Source of the DNA: a virus | Length of the DNA stretch: 34,135 nucleotides | Virus genome (UHGV): UHGV-0125140 | Strand: one strand, 5' to 3' | Shown here: in pieces, positions 8,439 to 15,688 of the stretch | How the letters are laid out: the number at the start of each line of letters is the position of its first letter | How positions within the stretch are numbered: position 1 is the stretch's first letter | Translations under genes and position numbers: made by a program | Notes under the pieces: model-generated | Told to the model about the DNA's origin: nothing | The model's input: the letters and a program-made list of their open reading frames with translations, nothing else | The model's database searches: none

Positions 8439-8768
8439 ATGAACAGTGTAATTTTTGAAGATATAGCACGTATTCAAGCTGAAAAAAAGCAAAAGCGAAA
8501 AGAAATGCTTAAGTTAATGAATGAAAACCCAGATTGGTATAGACATCCAAAAAGCATGGTCTATCGTCAAATTAAAATACTTGGTAAGGATATTGGTGAG
8601 CAAACAATGGATAAATCTAAACCAATCAGCTCAATTGATAAAGACAAGTTCACCATTCAAGAATATTTGTATTTGCAATGGATAGGATATTCAGTGAATG
8701 CAATCATAGAAGCGTTAGGAATGCCTAGAAACAAATTTTGGGAATATAAAGCTGAACATTTAAATTAG
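8439..8768 (+). CDS. hypothetical protein, possible HTH
   Basis: ORF with an RBS. Weak HTH-like C-terminus. Confidence 0.4.
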   Translation: MNSVIFEDIARIQAEKKQKRKEMLKLMNENPDWYRHPKSMVYRQIKILGKDIGEQTMDKSKPISSIDKDKFTIQEYLYLQWIGYSVNAIIEALGMPRNKFWEYKAEHLN

Positions 8769-8787
8769 GTTTATGAAGTGAAAGCGA

Positions 8788-8994
8788 GTGTTCATGTTGC
8801 TGGAGATTTATTACACGCCAACATCCGCTATTATTGCGGATGCATTGGCTAGAAAATATGAGATCGTTTCTTTAGACAAAGCTAGAAATATTGCGAAGAA
8901 ATTTAAGGCTAGTTTAAAGCAGAAAACGGACCTTTATGTGATTGAGGGAATTTTGATTGATGCTGGTTATAAAAACGAACCAGTGAATTTATAA
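8788..8994 (+). CDS. hypothetical protein (68 aa)
   Basis: ORF only. Confidence 0.35.
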   Translation: MFMLLEIYYTPTSAIIADALARKYEIVSLDKARNIAKKFKASLKQKTDLYVIEGILIDAGYKNEPVNL

Positions 8995-9047
8995 GAAAGG
9001 AGCGGAGATTTGCGGCCGCATTAAAAAGCTTTTTCTCCTTTGAAATT

Positions 9048-9512
9048 ATGAAAAGAATACTTGATGCTTGCTGTGGTAGCAGAATGTTTTGGTTTGATAA
9101 GCAAAACGAACAAGTTTTGTTTATGGACAACAGAGAACATTACGAAAAATTAGACAGTGGGCATGTTATCGATGTTAATCCTAATCTAGTTGCAGATTTT
9201 AGAAAGATGCCTTTTGAAGATAACTCGTTTTATCATGTTGTATTTGATCCTCCGCATTTATTGAGGTGTGGTAATAACAGCTGGTTGGCTAAAAAATATG
9301 GCAAGCTAAACGAGAAAACTTGGAAAGAAGATATACAAAAAGGTTTTCATGAGTGTATGAGGGTTTTGAAGCCCAATGGGACGTTAGTTTTTAAATGGAA
9401 CGAGGAACAAATCAAGTTATCTGAAATATTAAGCACAATTGATTGTGAGCCATTGTACGGCAATAAAAGAGCAAAAACACATTGGTTAGTATTTATGAAA
9501 GCGAGTGAATAA
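9048..9512 (+). CDS. small orphan DNA amino-methyltransferase (N6-adenine / N4-cytosine class)
   Basis: Motif I-like DACCGS near the N-terminus and motif IV VVFDPPHL. 154 aa. No adjacent restriction endonuclease. Confidence 0.6.
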   Translation: MKRILDACCGSRMFWFDKQNEQVLFMDNREHYEKLDSGHVIDVNPNLVADFRKMPFEDNSFYHVVFDPPHLLRCGNNSWLAKKYGKLNEKTWKEDIQKGFHECMRVLKPNGTLVFKWNEEQIKLSEILSTIDCEPLYGNKRAKTHWLVFMKASE

Positions 9513-9513
9513 G

Positions 9514-9834
9514 ATGAATGAGCAAATAAATTTGCTTGAGTTAGATAATGATAAACTTTGGCAATTTTATGGGCATTATTGTAATGACGATTGGTCCGCT
9601 AAGACAGAGACCGTGAATGGTGATGCTGATATAGTGCTAGGTTTTAGAGTTAAACTATCGAAAAATGAGCTGAGAAAAATATGCAGAGATGCCATTGAAA
9701 TAAGCAGAATTAAGTATGGATATTCTGTCAGGTTTTTAACAAATAATGTAAAGAAAGAGCTGTTCGTTCGTTTTGACAACTACACCACTAGTAAAAAAAG
9801 AGATGTCTTTGAACATATAAATTTATATTTTTAA
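9514..9834 (+). CDS. hypothetical protein
   Basis: ORF. The track start at 9505 is a GTG overlapping the methyltransferase stop; ATG at 9514 is more likely. Confidence 0.4.
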   Translation: MNEQINLLELDNDKLWQFYGHYCNDDWSAKTETVNGDADIVLGFRVKLSKNELRKICRDAIEISRIKYGYSVRFLTNNVKKELFVRFDNYTTSKKRDVFEHINLYF

Positions 9835-9854
9835 GCGGAAAGAGAGTAAAGAAG

Positions 9855-10223
9855 ATGATCCCAAAATTTAGAGCAAGAGATCAAAGAGGTAACTGGCATA
9901 TTGGACTTCTAACTTTTATGTTTGGCCAGTATGCCATCGTAAATGAATCAGATGAAAATTCGGTTTATCTGATTGATAAGGAAACAGTCGGACAATCAAC
10001 AGGGTTGAAAGACAAGAACGGCGTTGAAATTTTTGAGGGTGATGTATTATATTATGATCCTTTCAAAACACATATGAATGATAGCATTGTTGTATTTGAA
10101 AAAGGTTCATTCTGCAAAAAAACGATAAGAAATGGAAAATTAACATCTGTTAGATTCATTGACAGCGAAGAATATGAAGTTATCAGAAATGTTTGGGAGG
10201 ACAGATGGAACTATGGCGATTAA
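9855..10223 (+). CDS. YopX-family protein
   Basis: MIPKFRARDQRGNWHIG...VGQSTGLKDKNGVEIFEGDVLYY matches the YopX pattern (FRAWDK..., GNIYEN). Confidence 0.55.
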   Translation: MIPKFRARDQRGNWHIGLLTFMFGQYAIVNESDENSVYLIDKETVGQSTGLKDKNGVEIFEGDVLYYDPFKTHMNDSIVVFEKGSFCKKTIRNGKLTSVRFIDSEEYEVIRNVWEDRWNYGD

Positions 10224-10521
10224 AGGAAGAAGCAAGTTTGACTTTGAAGTGTTTAAAGGGGATTTCAATAATTGGATGGGCTTCAATAAACAAAAATATA
10301 CCAGGGAACAAGCAATAGATGAATGGCGGTCAGAACTAATGCTTGACGAAAATACACCTTATATCATAGAAGATGCATTTGTTAGATATCGTTTCGGAGT
10401 AGACGAAGACAATGAGAACCGTAGTTGCTGGTGGTTAGAATGGCGAGATTGTGGTCATAGGTCTGTACCTGTCTGGTCCATTAGAACGCCTTTTCCGTGG
10501 GAATTGGAGGGAACAGAATGA
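10213..10521 (+). CDS. hypothetical protein
   Basis: ORF. The likely start is the internal ATG at 10213 after GGGAGG. Confidence 0.4.
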   Translation: MAIKGRSKFDFEVFKGDFNNWMGFNKQKYTREQAIDEWRSELMLDENTPYIIEDAFVRYRFGVDEDNENRSCWWLEWRDCGHRSVPVWSIRTPFPWELEGTE

Positions 10522-10853
10522 GTACAGGGCGATTAGTAATTAATGGCAAAACGTGGGGCGAATTTGAGTCAGCTAAACGTATTAAAGGCCATATTGTCAT
10601 AAGTGGCTATGAATCGTATGGTGGATGTCACACTGTTAGAGGAATCAAACAACAAAAACTCAACGAAAATCAGCAGATTGTGCTTGATTGGTTGAAAGAA
10701 TCATGCAAATTATACGGATTACGTGAAGTTATTGAAATCATGGGATTTTTATCAACTACTGGTGGGAAAATGAAGTATAAGCAAGTAGCTTATGCATATG
10801 GTGATTTAAATGATGATGAATTGAAGCAAGTCATACAAGCTTTTAGTCAGTAG
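10518..10853 (+). CDS. hypothetical protein
   Basis: ORF, ATG at 10518 after GGAGGG. Confidence 0.4.
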   Translation: MSTGRLVINGKTWGEFESAKRIKGHIVISGYESYGGCHTVRGIKQQKLNENQQIVLDWLKESCKLYGLREVIEIMGFLSTTGGKMKYKQVAYAYGDLNDDELKQVIQAFSQ

Positions 10854-10876
10854 TCCTTAGAACAGGAGGAAGCGGA

Positions 10877-11113
10877 ATGATTATTCAGTCAAGTAAAAAA
10901 TTATCAAAATGTTCGAAACAAGAACTATTATTGATAATTCAAGCAGAAGTAGAAAACAGACAGAAGCTAATAAATTTAATTGATAAAGAATACGACAATT
11001 GGAACAAAAATATTGAAGATGCAAGGTTTCCTAATTATCAGTCTAGTGAACGCAAAGCATTTTTGGATGGTATTGAAGCAGCAACGAATATCGTGAAGAA
11101 TTTTTGGGGGTAA
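10877..11113 (+). CDS. hypothetical protein
   Basis: ORF with an RBS (GGAGGAAG). Confidence 0.4.
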   Translation: MIIQSSKKLSKCSKQELLLIIQAEVENRQKLINLIDKEYDNWNKNIEDARFPNYQSSERKAFLDGIEAATNIVKNFWG

Positions 11114-11118
11114 TCGGA

Positions 11119-11313
11119 ATGAATAGTTCAGAAGCAATAGCTAAAATACAAGAATTACAAGATATCTACGGTGACATTGAAATCTTGGTAAATGCTCAAG
11201 GATCAGACAACGGATTTTTCAAAATTATCACCAGTGTTGAAATTCAAGAAGGATTGTGTGGCGAAGATGGAGAATTTATTGACGAAAGAGTAATTCTAAT
11301 CTCGTGTGAGTAG
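11119..11313 (+). CDS. hypothetical protein
   Basis: ORF. Confidence 0.35.
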   Translation: MNSSEAIAKIQELQDIYGDIEILVNAQGSDNGFFKIITSVEIQEGLCGEDGEFIDERVILISCE

Positions 11314-11333
11314 GAGGAACAGGAGGGGACAAA

Positions 11334-11528
11334 ATGAGTAAGTATATCATCACAGCTGATAAAGAAAACCAAGGGTGGCTAGAGGCTTTCAATTCTTGGG
11401 CAGGCCACTCGTATCAAATGAATCAAGAAGTGAACGAGGAACATATTGATCGTCTGGAAACTAACGTTGAGAGATTTAACAATGAAATTGCATGTGGTCC
11501 AGCTATTCGATTGGAGGAAGCGGAATGA
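11334..11528 (+). CDS. hypothetical protein
   Basis: ORF with a strong RBS (GGAGGAACAGGAGGGG). Confidence 0.4.
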   Translation: MSKYIITADKENQGWLEAFNSWAGHSYQMNQEVNEEHIDRLETNVERFNNEIACGPAIRLEEAE

Positions 11529-11773
11529 GTTATGAAGTAACGTATGACGAGAACGTCAGCAATAATGTGCAACAAAAGAATATTGTATTCAATGGTAGGC
11601 ATTTATACAAGGTTCATCTTGAAAAAGAAGCCTATTGTAAAAATGGGGAGACGGGTGTTGATTACACATTAGACATTAAATGTGATGAAACTGGCGTCAA
11701 TGTACAAGCGGTGTTACCACACGAGGTCCTTTATGAATTAAATAAAATGATAGGCGACAGTCTGAAATTTTAG
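11525..11773 (+). CDS. hypothetical protein
   Basis: ORF, ATG at 11525 after GGAGGAAG. Confidence 0.4.
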   Translation: MSYEVTYDENVSNNVQQKNIVFNGRHLYKVHLEKEAYCKNGETGVDYTLDIKCDETGVNVQAVLPHEVLYELNKMIGDSLKF

Positions 11774-11784
11774 GAGGAACAGCG

Positions 11785-12018
11785 ATGAATAAACCAGTAA
11801 TAGTATTAAGCGATGCTGATATTCAGAGTATCATCAACGGTCGTAAAGTAACTAAAGAAGTAAACGATGAACCAGTAGTAATACGCCAGAGTTATATCAA
11901 AGATTTGGCCGCCCCAATAGTAATTGACAGATACAATGTAAAGGACGAGATGCTTGAGAAGCAATTAAGGGATATAAGAGCAATAGCTCAAAGTCCTTTT
12001 ATGGAGGGTTACAGATGA
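11785..12018 (+). CDS. hypothetical protein
   Basis: ORF with an RBS (TAGGAGGAACAG). Confidence 0.4.
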   Translation: MNKPVIVLSDADIQSIINGRKVTKEVNDEPVVIRQSYIKDLAAPIVIDRYNVKDEMLEKQLRDIRAIAQSPFMEGYR

Positions 12019-12563
12019 ATAAACAAGAATTGATTGAAGAGTTAGAATGCTTAGAAGTTCCTACAGATAGCCTTGATTATTTGAAAGGTGCTAACTATGC
12101 TGTCGAAAAAGCAATTAGCTTAGCAAAACAACTAGATGAACCGAAAAAAGTCGTTGTTCCGAAGTTTGTAGCTGACTGGATTGAATATGCCAAAAAGAAA
12201 GGTGTTAGTCTAATTGTTTCATTCAATCCATGGGATCTTTATGGTGCAGAATATATCGAGGCTACTCGATGGATCGATAATAATCAAGAAACGTTTGCTC
12301 TTGCTTGGGTCAACGGCTACGAAGTCGAAACAGAGCCAGCCATTCACGAGCTTAAAATTTTACCAGAATACTTTGAAGCGGTTGTTTCAGGTAATAAATG
12401 TTTTGAAATTCGTAAGAATGACCGTAACTATAAAAAAGGCGATATCTTACGCTTAAACGAATATCAAGACGGACAATATACAGGTGATGTCCATGTCGCA
12501 GAAATAACGTACATTACAGATTATGCCCAACAAGATGGTTATGTCGTCTTAGGAATTAAGTGA
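12015..12563 (+). CDS. two-domain protein with a C-terminal DUF3850 / ASCH-PUA-like domain
   Basis: The C-terminus ELKILPEYFEAVVSGNKCFEIRKNDRNYKKGDILRLNEYQ...VAEITYI matches the DUF3850 pattern. Confidence 0.5.
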   Translation: MNKQELIEELECLEVPTDSLDYLKGANYAVEKAISLAKQLDEPKKVVVPKFVADWIEYAKKKGVSLIVSFNPWDLYGAEYIEATRWIDNNQETFALAWVNGYEVETEPAIHELKILPEYFEAVVSGNKCFEIRKNDRNYKKGDILRLNEYQDGQYTGDVHVAEITYITDYAQQDGYVVLGIK

Positions 12564-12576
12564 AAGTAGGTAATTA

Positions 12577-13062
12577 ATGAAAACTGATTTAACCAGACAA
12601 GCTGAGAAATGCTTGTGGCACTATACCAACAAAATGGGAGTATTCGGCTGTTTTGAGGTAACCATTGGCTGGTTTGGCAAGGAAAGAGTCGACTTTATGA
12701 CTTATTCTACTGACAACACTATTAGATGTTATGAAATAAAAGTAACGTTGGCAGACTTAAAAAGTTCCGCAAAACAAACGTTTTTAGGTGATTATAACTA
12801 TTTAGTTGTCACTAACGAATTATGGGAAAAGATTCAAGCCAATCCAGATTTAAAATGGAAATATAGTAATCAGGGAATACTAATTTTTTCTGAGTTAAGA
12901 CACAACTTAGGCATTACAAGTGTCAAAAAAGCGAAAAAGCAAAATGTCACATTAGGAACGCGAGCAACAGTTTTAGAAAGTATGGTGCGATCTTTGAATC
13001 GAGAAGTTGAGAAATTTTACAAGGTAAATCCTTTTTGGGGATTAAGTGAGGAGGTCAAATAA
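12577..13062 (+). CDS. PD-(D/E)XK nuclease-like protein (MmcB-like)
   Basis: Motifs RVDFMTY ... CYEIKVTLADLK are consistent with a D-(D/E)XK core. Confidence 0.4.
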   Translation: MKTDLTRQAEKCLWHYTNKMGVFGCFEVTIGWFGKERVDFMTYSTDNTIRCYEIKVTLADLKSSAKQTFLGDYNYLVVTNELWEKIQANPDLKWKYSNQGILIFSELRHNLGITSVKKAKKQNVTLGTRATVLESMVRSLNREVEKFYKVNPFWGLSEEVK

Positions 13063-13245
13063 ATGGAACAACTCTTATTAACAAAAACTGGTGAAAACGA
13101 AATCGGTATAAATGCTACAGGAATGGATGATAATGAAATTGTCTTCACGTTAGCTGCTGCTTTAATTGGATACAGCAAGGAATTGGGACTAACAGAAGCA
13201 ATACTAAACGAAAGTATGTCCGTGCTGTGGAAAGATGGTGAATAA
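13063..13245 (+). CDS. hypothetical protein (60 aa)
   Basis: ORF. Confidence 0.35.
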   Translation: MEQLLLTKTGENEIGINATGMDDNEIVFTLAAALIGYSKELGLTEAILNESMSVLWKDGE

Positions 13246-13431
13246 ATGAAACGCAATTGGAAAAGAGTAATAAATAAAGTTAGTGGCATTGCAATAATGA
13301 TTCTTGTAGCAAAAGCAGCCGTGAGCTATTTCGTGTATAGCAATGACATAACAAGCAGTGACCTCGTTTATTTCCTTTCATGCTCGTTTATTTTGGGATT
13401 AGGGCTATATTTAGGAGGTTCCAGCGTATGA
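13246..13431 (+). CDS. small membrane protein (61 aa)
   Basis: Two hydrophobic segments. Confidence 0.4.
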   Translation: MKRNWKRVINKVSGIAIMILVAKAAVSYFVYSNDITSSDLVYFLSCSFILGLGLYLGGSSV

Positions 13432-13607
13432 GTTATCCAGAAGTTTATATCTTAGGCCGTCAAGTCAATGGCATTTATGTTGAATACCTGAGAAGAACAT
13501 TTTACACATTATCAGATGCTAAACGTAATGCAGATTTTTATAACAAACACTATAGTGGCGAATGGAAAATTTTAAAATACGGTAGACCAATAACGATGGA
13601 GGTGTGA
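13428..13607 (+). CDS. hypothetical protein (59 aa)
   Basis: ATG at 13428 after GGAGG. Confidence 0.35.
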   Translation: MSYPEVYILGRQVNGIYVEYLRRTFYTLSDAKRNADFYNKHYSGEWKILKYGRPITMEV

Positions 13608-13760
13608 CATGGGTAAGAAAAAATCAAAAATTAAAAAGAAAAAGCGTCGCATGCAAGAAAAAGCAATTGCAAACGGCACTCAAAATTCTAAAAAATAAAA
13701 AAAGTCGGAATCGCTCCGACCAACCATATCGATATTATAACATAAAAGGAGCGATTTAAC

Positions 13761-14177
13761 TTGATTCAATTGTTAAAAGAAGTTGATTTCAGTCAGACTA
13801 GAGCCAATGCGAGAGCCGTGTTGAAAAATTTTAGACGTTTGGACCGAATAGCTGGTCGTTCCTTAGTAGATGTTCGATCACCAATCATTACAGACATGCC
13901 CAAAGGTGTAAAGCATGGCAACAAAGCAGAAGATGCGTTGATCCAGATGATTGATGTCGAAGTAGAGCGTGATGCAATCCTAACGGCTTTGATGTCATTA
14001 AGCATAATAAGTCGTCAAATTCTTCACTACAGTTTCTGTGTGCAGGACCATTACTCTAATTACAAAATCGCCAGAGAAGTCGGCTATTCTGAAAGAAGTA
14101 TTCAAAGAATGAAATCAGAAGCTTTGATTGAATTTGCGGAAGCTTACCGAAACGGCAAAATAATTGCATATAAATAA
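13761..14177 (+). CDS. ArpU-family phage late transcriptional regulator
   Basis: 138 aa, TTG start after AAAGGAG. Sequence character matches the ArpU / late-activator family. Positioned as the last early gene before the packaging genes. Confidence 0.75.
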   Translation: MIQLLKEVDFSQTRANARAVLKNFRRLDRIAGRSLVDVRSPIITDMPKGVKHGNKAEDALIQMIDVEVERDAILTALMSLSIISRQILHYSFCVQDHYSNYKIAREVGYSERSIQRMKSEALIEFAEAYRNGKIIAYK

Positions 14178-14180
14178 TTT

Positions 14181-14239
14181 TTGGCGGTTTTTTGGCGGAA
14201 AGTTGGCGGTTTTTATCAATAATTAGTTGTTATTATGAT
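14181..14239 (+). promoter_or_regulatory. three TTGGCGG direct repeats phased at 11 bp (14181, 14192, 14203), followed by -10-like TATGAT (14234-14239): candidate activator-dependent late promoter
   Basis: Exact heptamer repeats spaced one helical turn apart start 4 bp after the ArpU stop. A -10 hexamer follows with no good -35. Confidence 0.45.
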
Positions 14240-14554
14240 AGTGTCGAAAGATAAGGAGACGAGGGTAAGGCATGCATTACCTATCTTAGCTCCGTTTCAC
14301 TTATCTTTTGAGGCTACCTATAAAAAATAAAGAATAAGGATGTGGAAAGTCCAGTTCTTTCTGTCTCGTTTAGTCATAGGTAGCAAATATTGCAATAAAC
14401 TTGGCATGAAGCTTACACGTAGACGTACGCCGAAAGCACTTGTCAAGATAGCGCTATGTAGTTTGCAATGATCACTCACAAATCAGACGTTCTCAAACTA
14501 AAAGAAATGGGGTGTAATTCCTCTCTCTTTTTTCTACAGGTTTGTGAGTGTTAA

Positions 14555-14626
14555 TGGGATATAGCTTAACTGGTAGAGCAGCGGTCTCCAAAACCGTCGG
14601 TATAGGTTCGAGTCCTATTGTTCCAG
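14555..14626 (+). tRNA. trnW: tRNA-Trp (anticodon CCA), no encoded 3' CCA
   Basis: Hand-folded cloverleaf: acceptor TGGGATA/TGTTCCA (two G:U pairs), D arm GCTT-AACTGGTA-GAGC, anticodon arm GCGGT-CTCCAAA-ACCGT, variable loop CGGT, T arm ATAGG-TTCGAGT-CCTAT, discriminator G. Closely parallels my recollection of Bacillus subtilis tRNA-Trp. Confidence 0.8.
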
Positions 14627-14796
14627 TAGGTAGCATAGCTACTTAAATAAAAGAATCGTCAATAAATGTTTCTTACTTTAACGATCGGTTCACCTCCTTT
14701 CAGAATTAGCCAGCCTGCGGAAACAGGATAAAGTGGCTAGCAACCTAGTATTGTTAAATAAGTGTTAGATTGGCTAGGCAGTCTAATATAAATCTT

Positions 14797-14829
14797 TAGA
14801 CTACTCAATAAAAATGAGTGGTCTTTTTT
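14797..14829 (+). terminator. rho-independent terminator (stem AGACTACTC/GAGTGGTCT, then a T7 run)
   Basis: 9-bp stem with one G:U pair, 9-nt loop, TTTTTTT tail. Confidence 0.6.
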
Positions 14830-14841
14830 TGTACATAAAAA

Positions 14842-14867
14842 AGCCACTAGACTATGGGATCTAGTGG
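14842..14867 (-). terminator. perfect 9-bp hairpin GCCACTAGA-N8-TCTAGTGGC preceded by an A-run (terminator-like when read on the minus strand)
   Basis: Inverted repeat visible in the sequence. An A6 run lies 5' on the plus strand, which is a T-run 3' on the minus strand. Confidence 0.4.
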
Positions 14868-14991
14868 CTAGGTAGCATTCGTGCACAATTTTTGTTGATT
14901 GCTATTTACAAAAAGGAGTTGCTACCCATAAATAGTATAGCAAGAAGTGATTTATTGAATCAAGTACATAAAACAGCTAGGAGAGAAAAAT

Positions 14992-15222
14992 ATGAAAAGC
15001 TATTGGTATGTATCGCTAACACATAAATATCCACAGTCGAACCGCTCAACTGTTTCAATGCGTGTTGTAATGTCTGTGCAGATAAAAAAGAATGCATCTA
15101 TTGTCGAAATGGCGAGAGAAGCCACGCCGAAGGAAATTGATGCGTGCAAGCTAGTTTATTGTGGTTATGGTAGTTGGAAAGATAAGCATATACAAGAGAA
15201 TATAGAAATGTATGTGAAGTGA
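14992..15222 (+). CDS. hypothetical protein (76 aa) immediately upstream of terS
   Basis: Good RBS (AGGAGAG, 7 nt spacer). Confidence 0.45.
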   Translation: MKSYWYVSLTHKYPQSNRSTVSMRVVMSVQIKKNASIVEMAREATPKEIDACKLVYCGYGSWKDKHIQENIEMYVK

Positions 15223-15244
15223 TAAATTATTAGACAGAAAGGCG

Positions 15245-15688
15245 GTGAATAACATGCGAATGACCGAGAAACAGAAACGATTTTGTGACTTTTACATCGA
15301 GACAGGAAATGCCAAAGAGGCTGCTATCAGAGCGGGATATAGCGAAAAGACTGCAAAGCAGATAGGACAGGAAAACTTGACTAAACCTGACCTCAGAGCT
15401 TATATAGACGAACGCCTCGCAGAACTGAAAAACGAACGAACAGCCGATGCCCAAGAGGTGCTAGAGTACCTAACAGCTGTTATGCGTGGCGAGTACAAAG
15501 AAGCAACGCTAATTGGTGTAGGCGAAGGCGCACAAGCCGTTGTAGACATCGATGTGGGCGCAAAAGACCGTTTAAAAGCAGCCGAGCTTCTTGGTAAACG
15601 TCATGCGCTGTTCACTGATAAAGTCGATTTACAAACGGGCGATATTGTGATTAAGGTTGGTGAGTGGGATGCAGACGAAGAAACGTAA
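15245..15688 (+). CDS. terS: terminase small subunit
   Basis: MTEKQKRFCDFYIETGNAKEAAIRAGYSEKTAKQIGQENLTKP is the classic P27/Terminase_2 N-terminal HTH. Confidence 0.85.
   Translation: MNNMRMTEKQKRFCDFYIETGNAKEAAIRAGYSEKTAKQIGQENLTKPDLRAYIDERLAELKNERTADAQEVLEYLTAVMRGEYKEATLIGVGEGAQAVVDIDVGAKDRLKAAELLGKRHALFTDKVDLQTGDIVIKVGEWDADEET

Noticed and set aside
9012-9034. NotI (GCGGCCGC) and HindIII-containing (AAAAAGCTTTTT) palindromes as restriction-modification targets of the adjacent methyltransferase
   Set aside because: Eight-base rare-cutter sites are unlikely targets for a small orphan phage methyltransferase, and single occurrences cannot be evaluated. They are kept only as part of the structured leader.
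14178-14215. GGCGG-rich tract after the ArpU gene as a transcription terminator
   Set aside because: The repeats are direct, not inverted. No CCGCC complement is present, so no hairpin can form. It is better explained as a phased protein-binding site.
14555-14626. Alternative readings of the tRNA-like sequence (acceptor starting at GGGATAT, or a minus-strand tRNA)
   Set aside because: GGGATAT has no complementary 3' strand. The T-loop GGTTCGAGTCC is in plus orientation. Only the TGGGATA/TGTTCCA pairing, with two G:U pairs, gives a complete cloverleaf, and that fold is tRNA-Trp.
15230-15454. Minus-strand 74-aa ORF overlapping the terS start
   Set aside because: It is antisense to a strongly supported terminase small-subunit gene, and its translation is Ser/Phe-rich low complexity.
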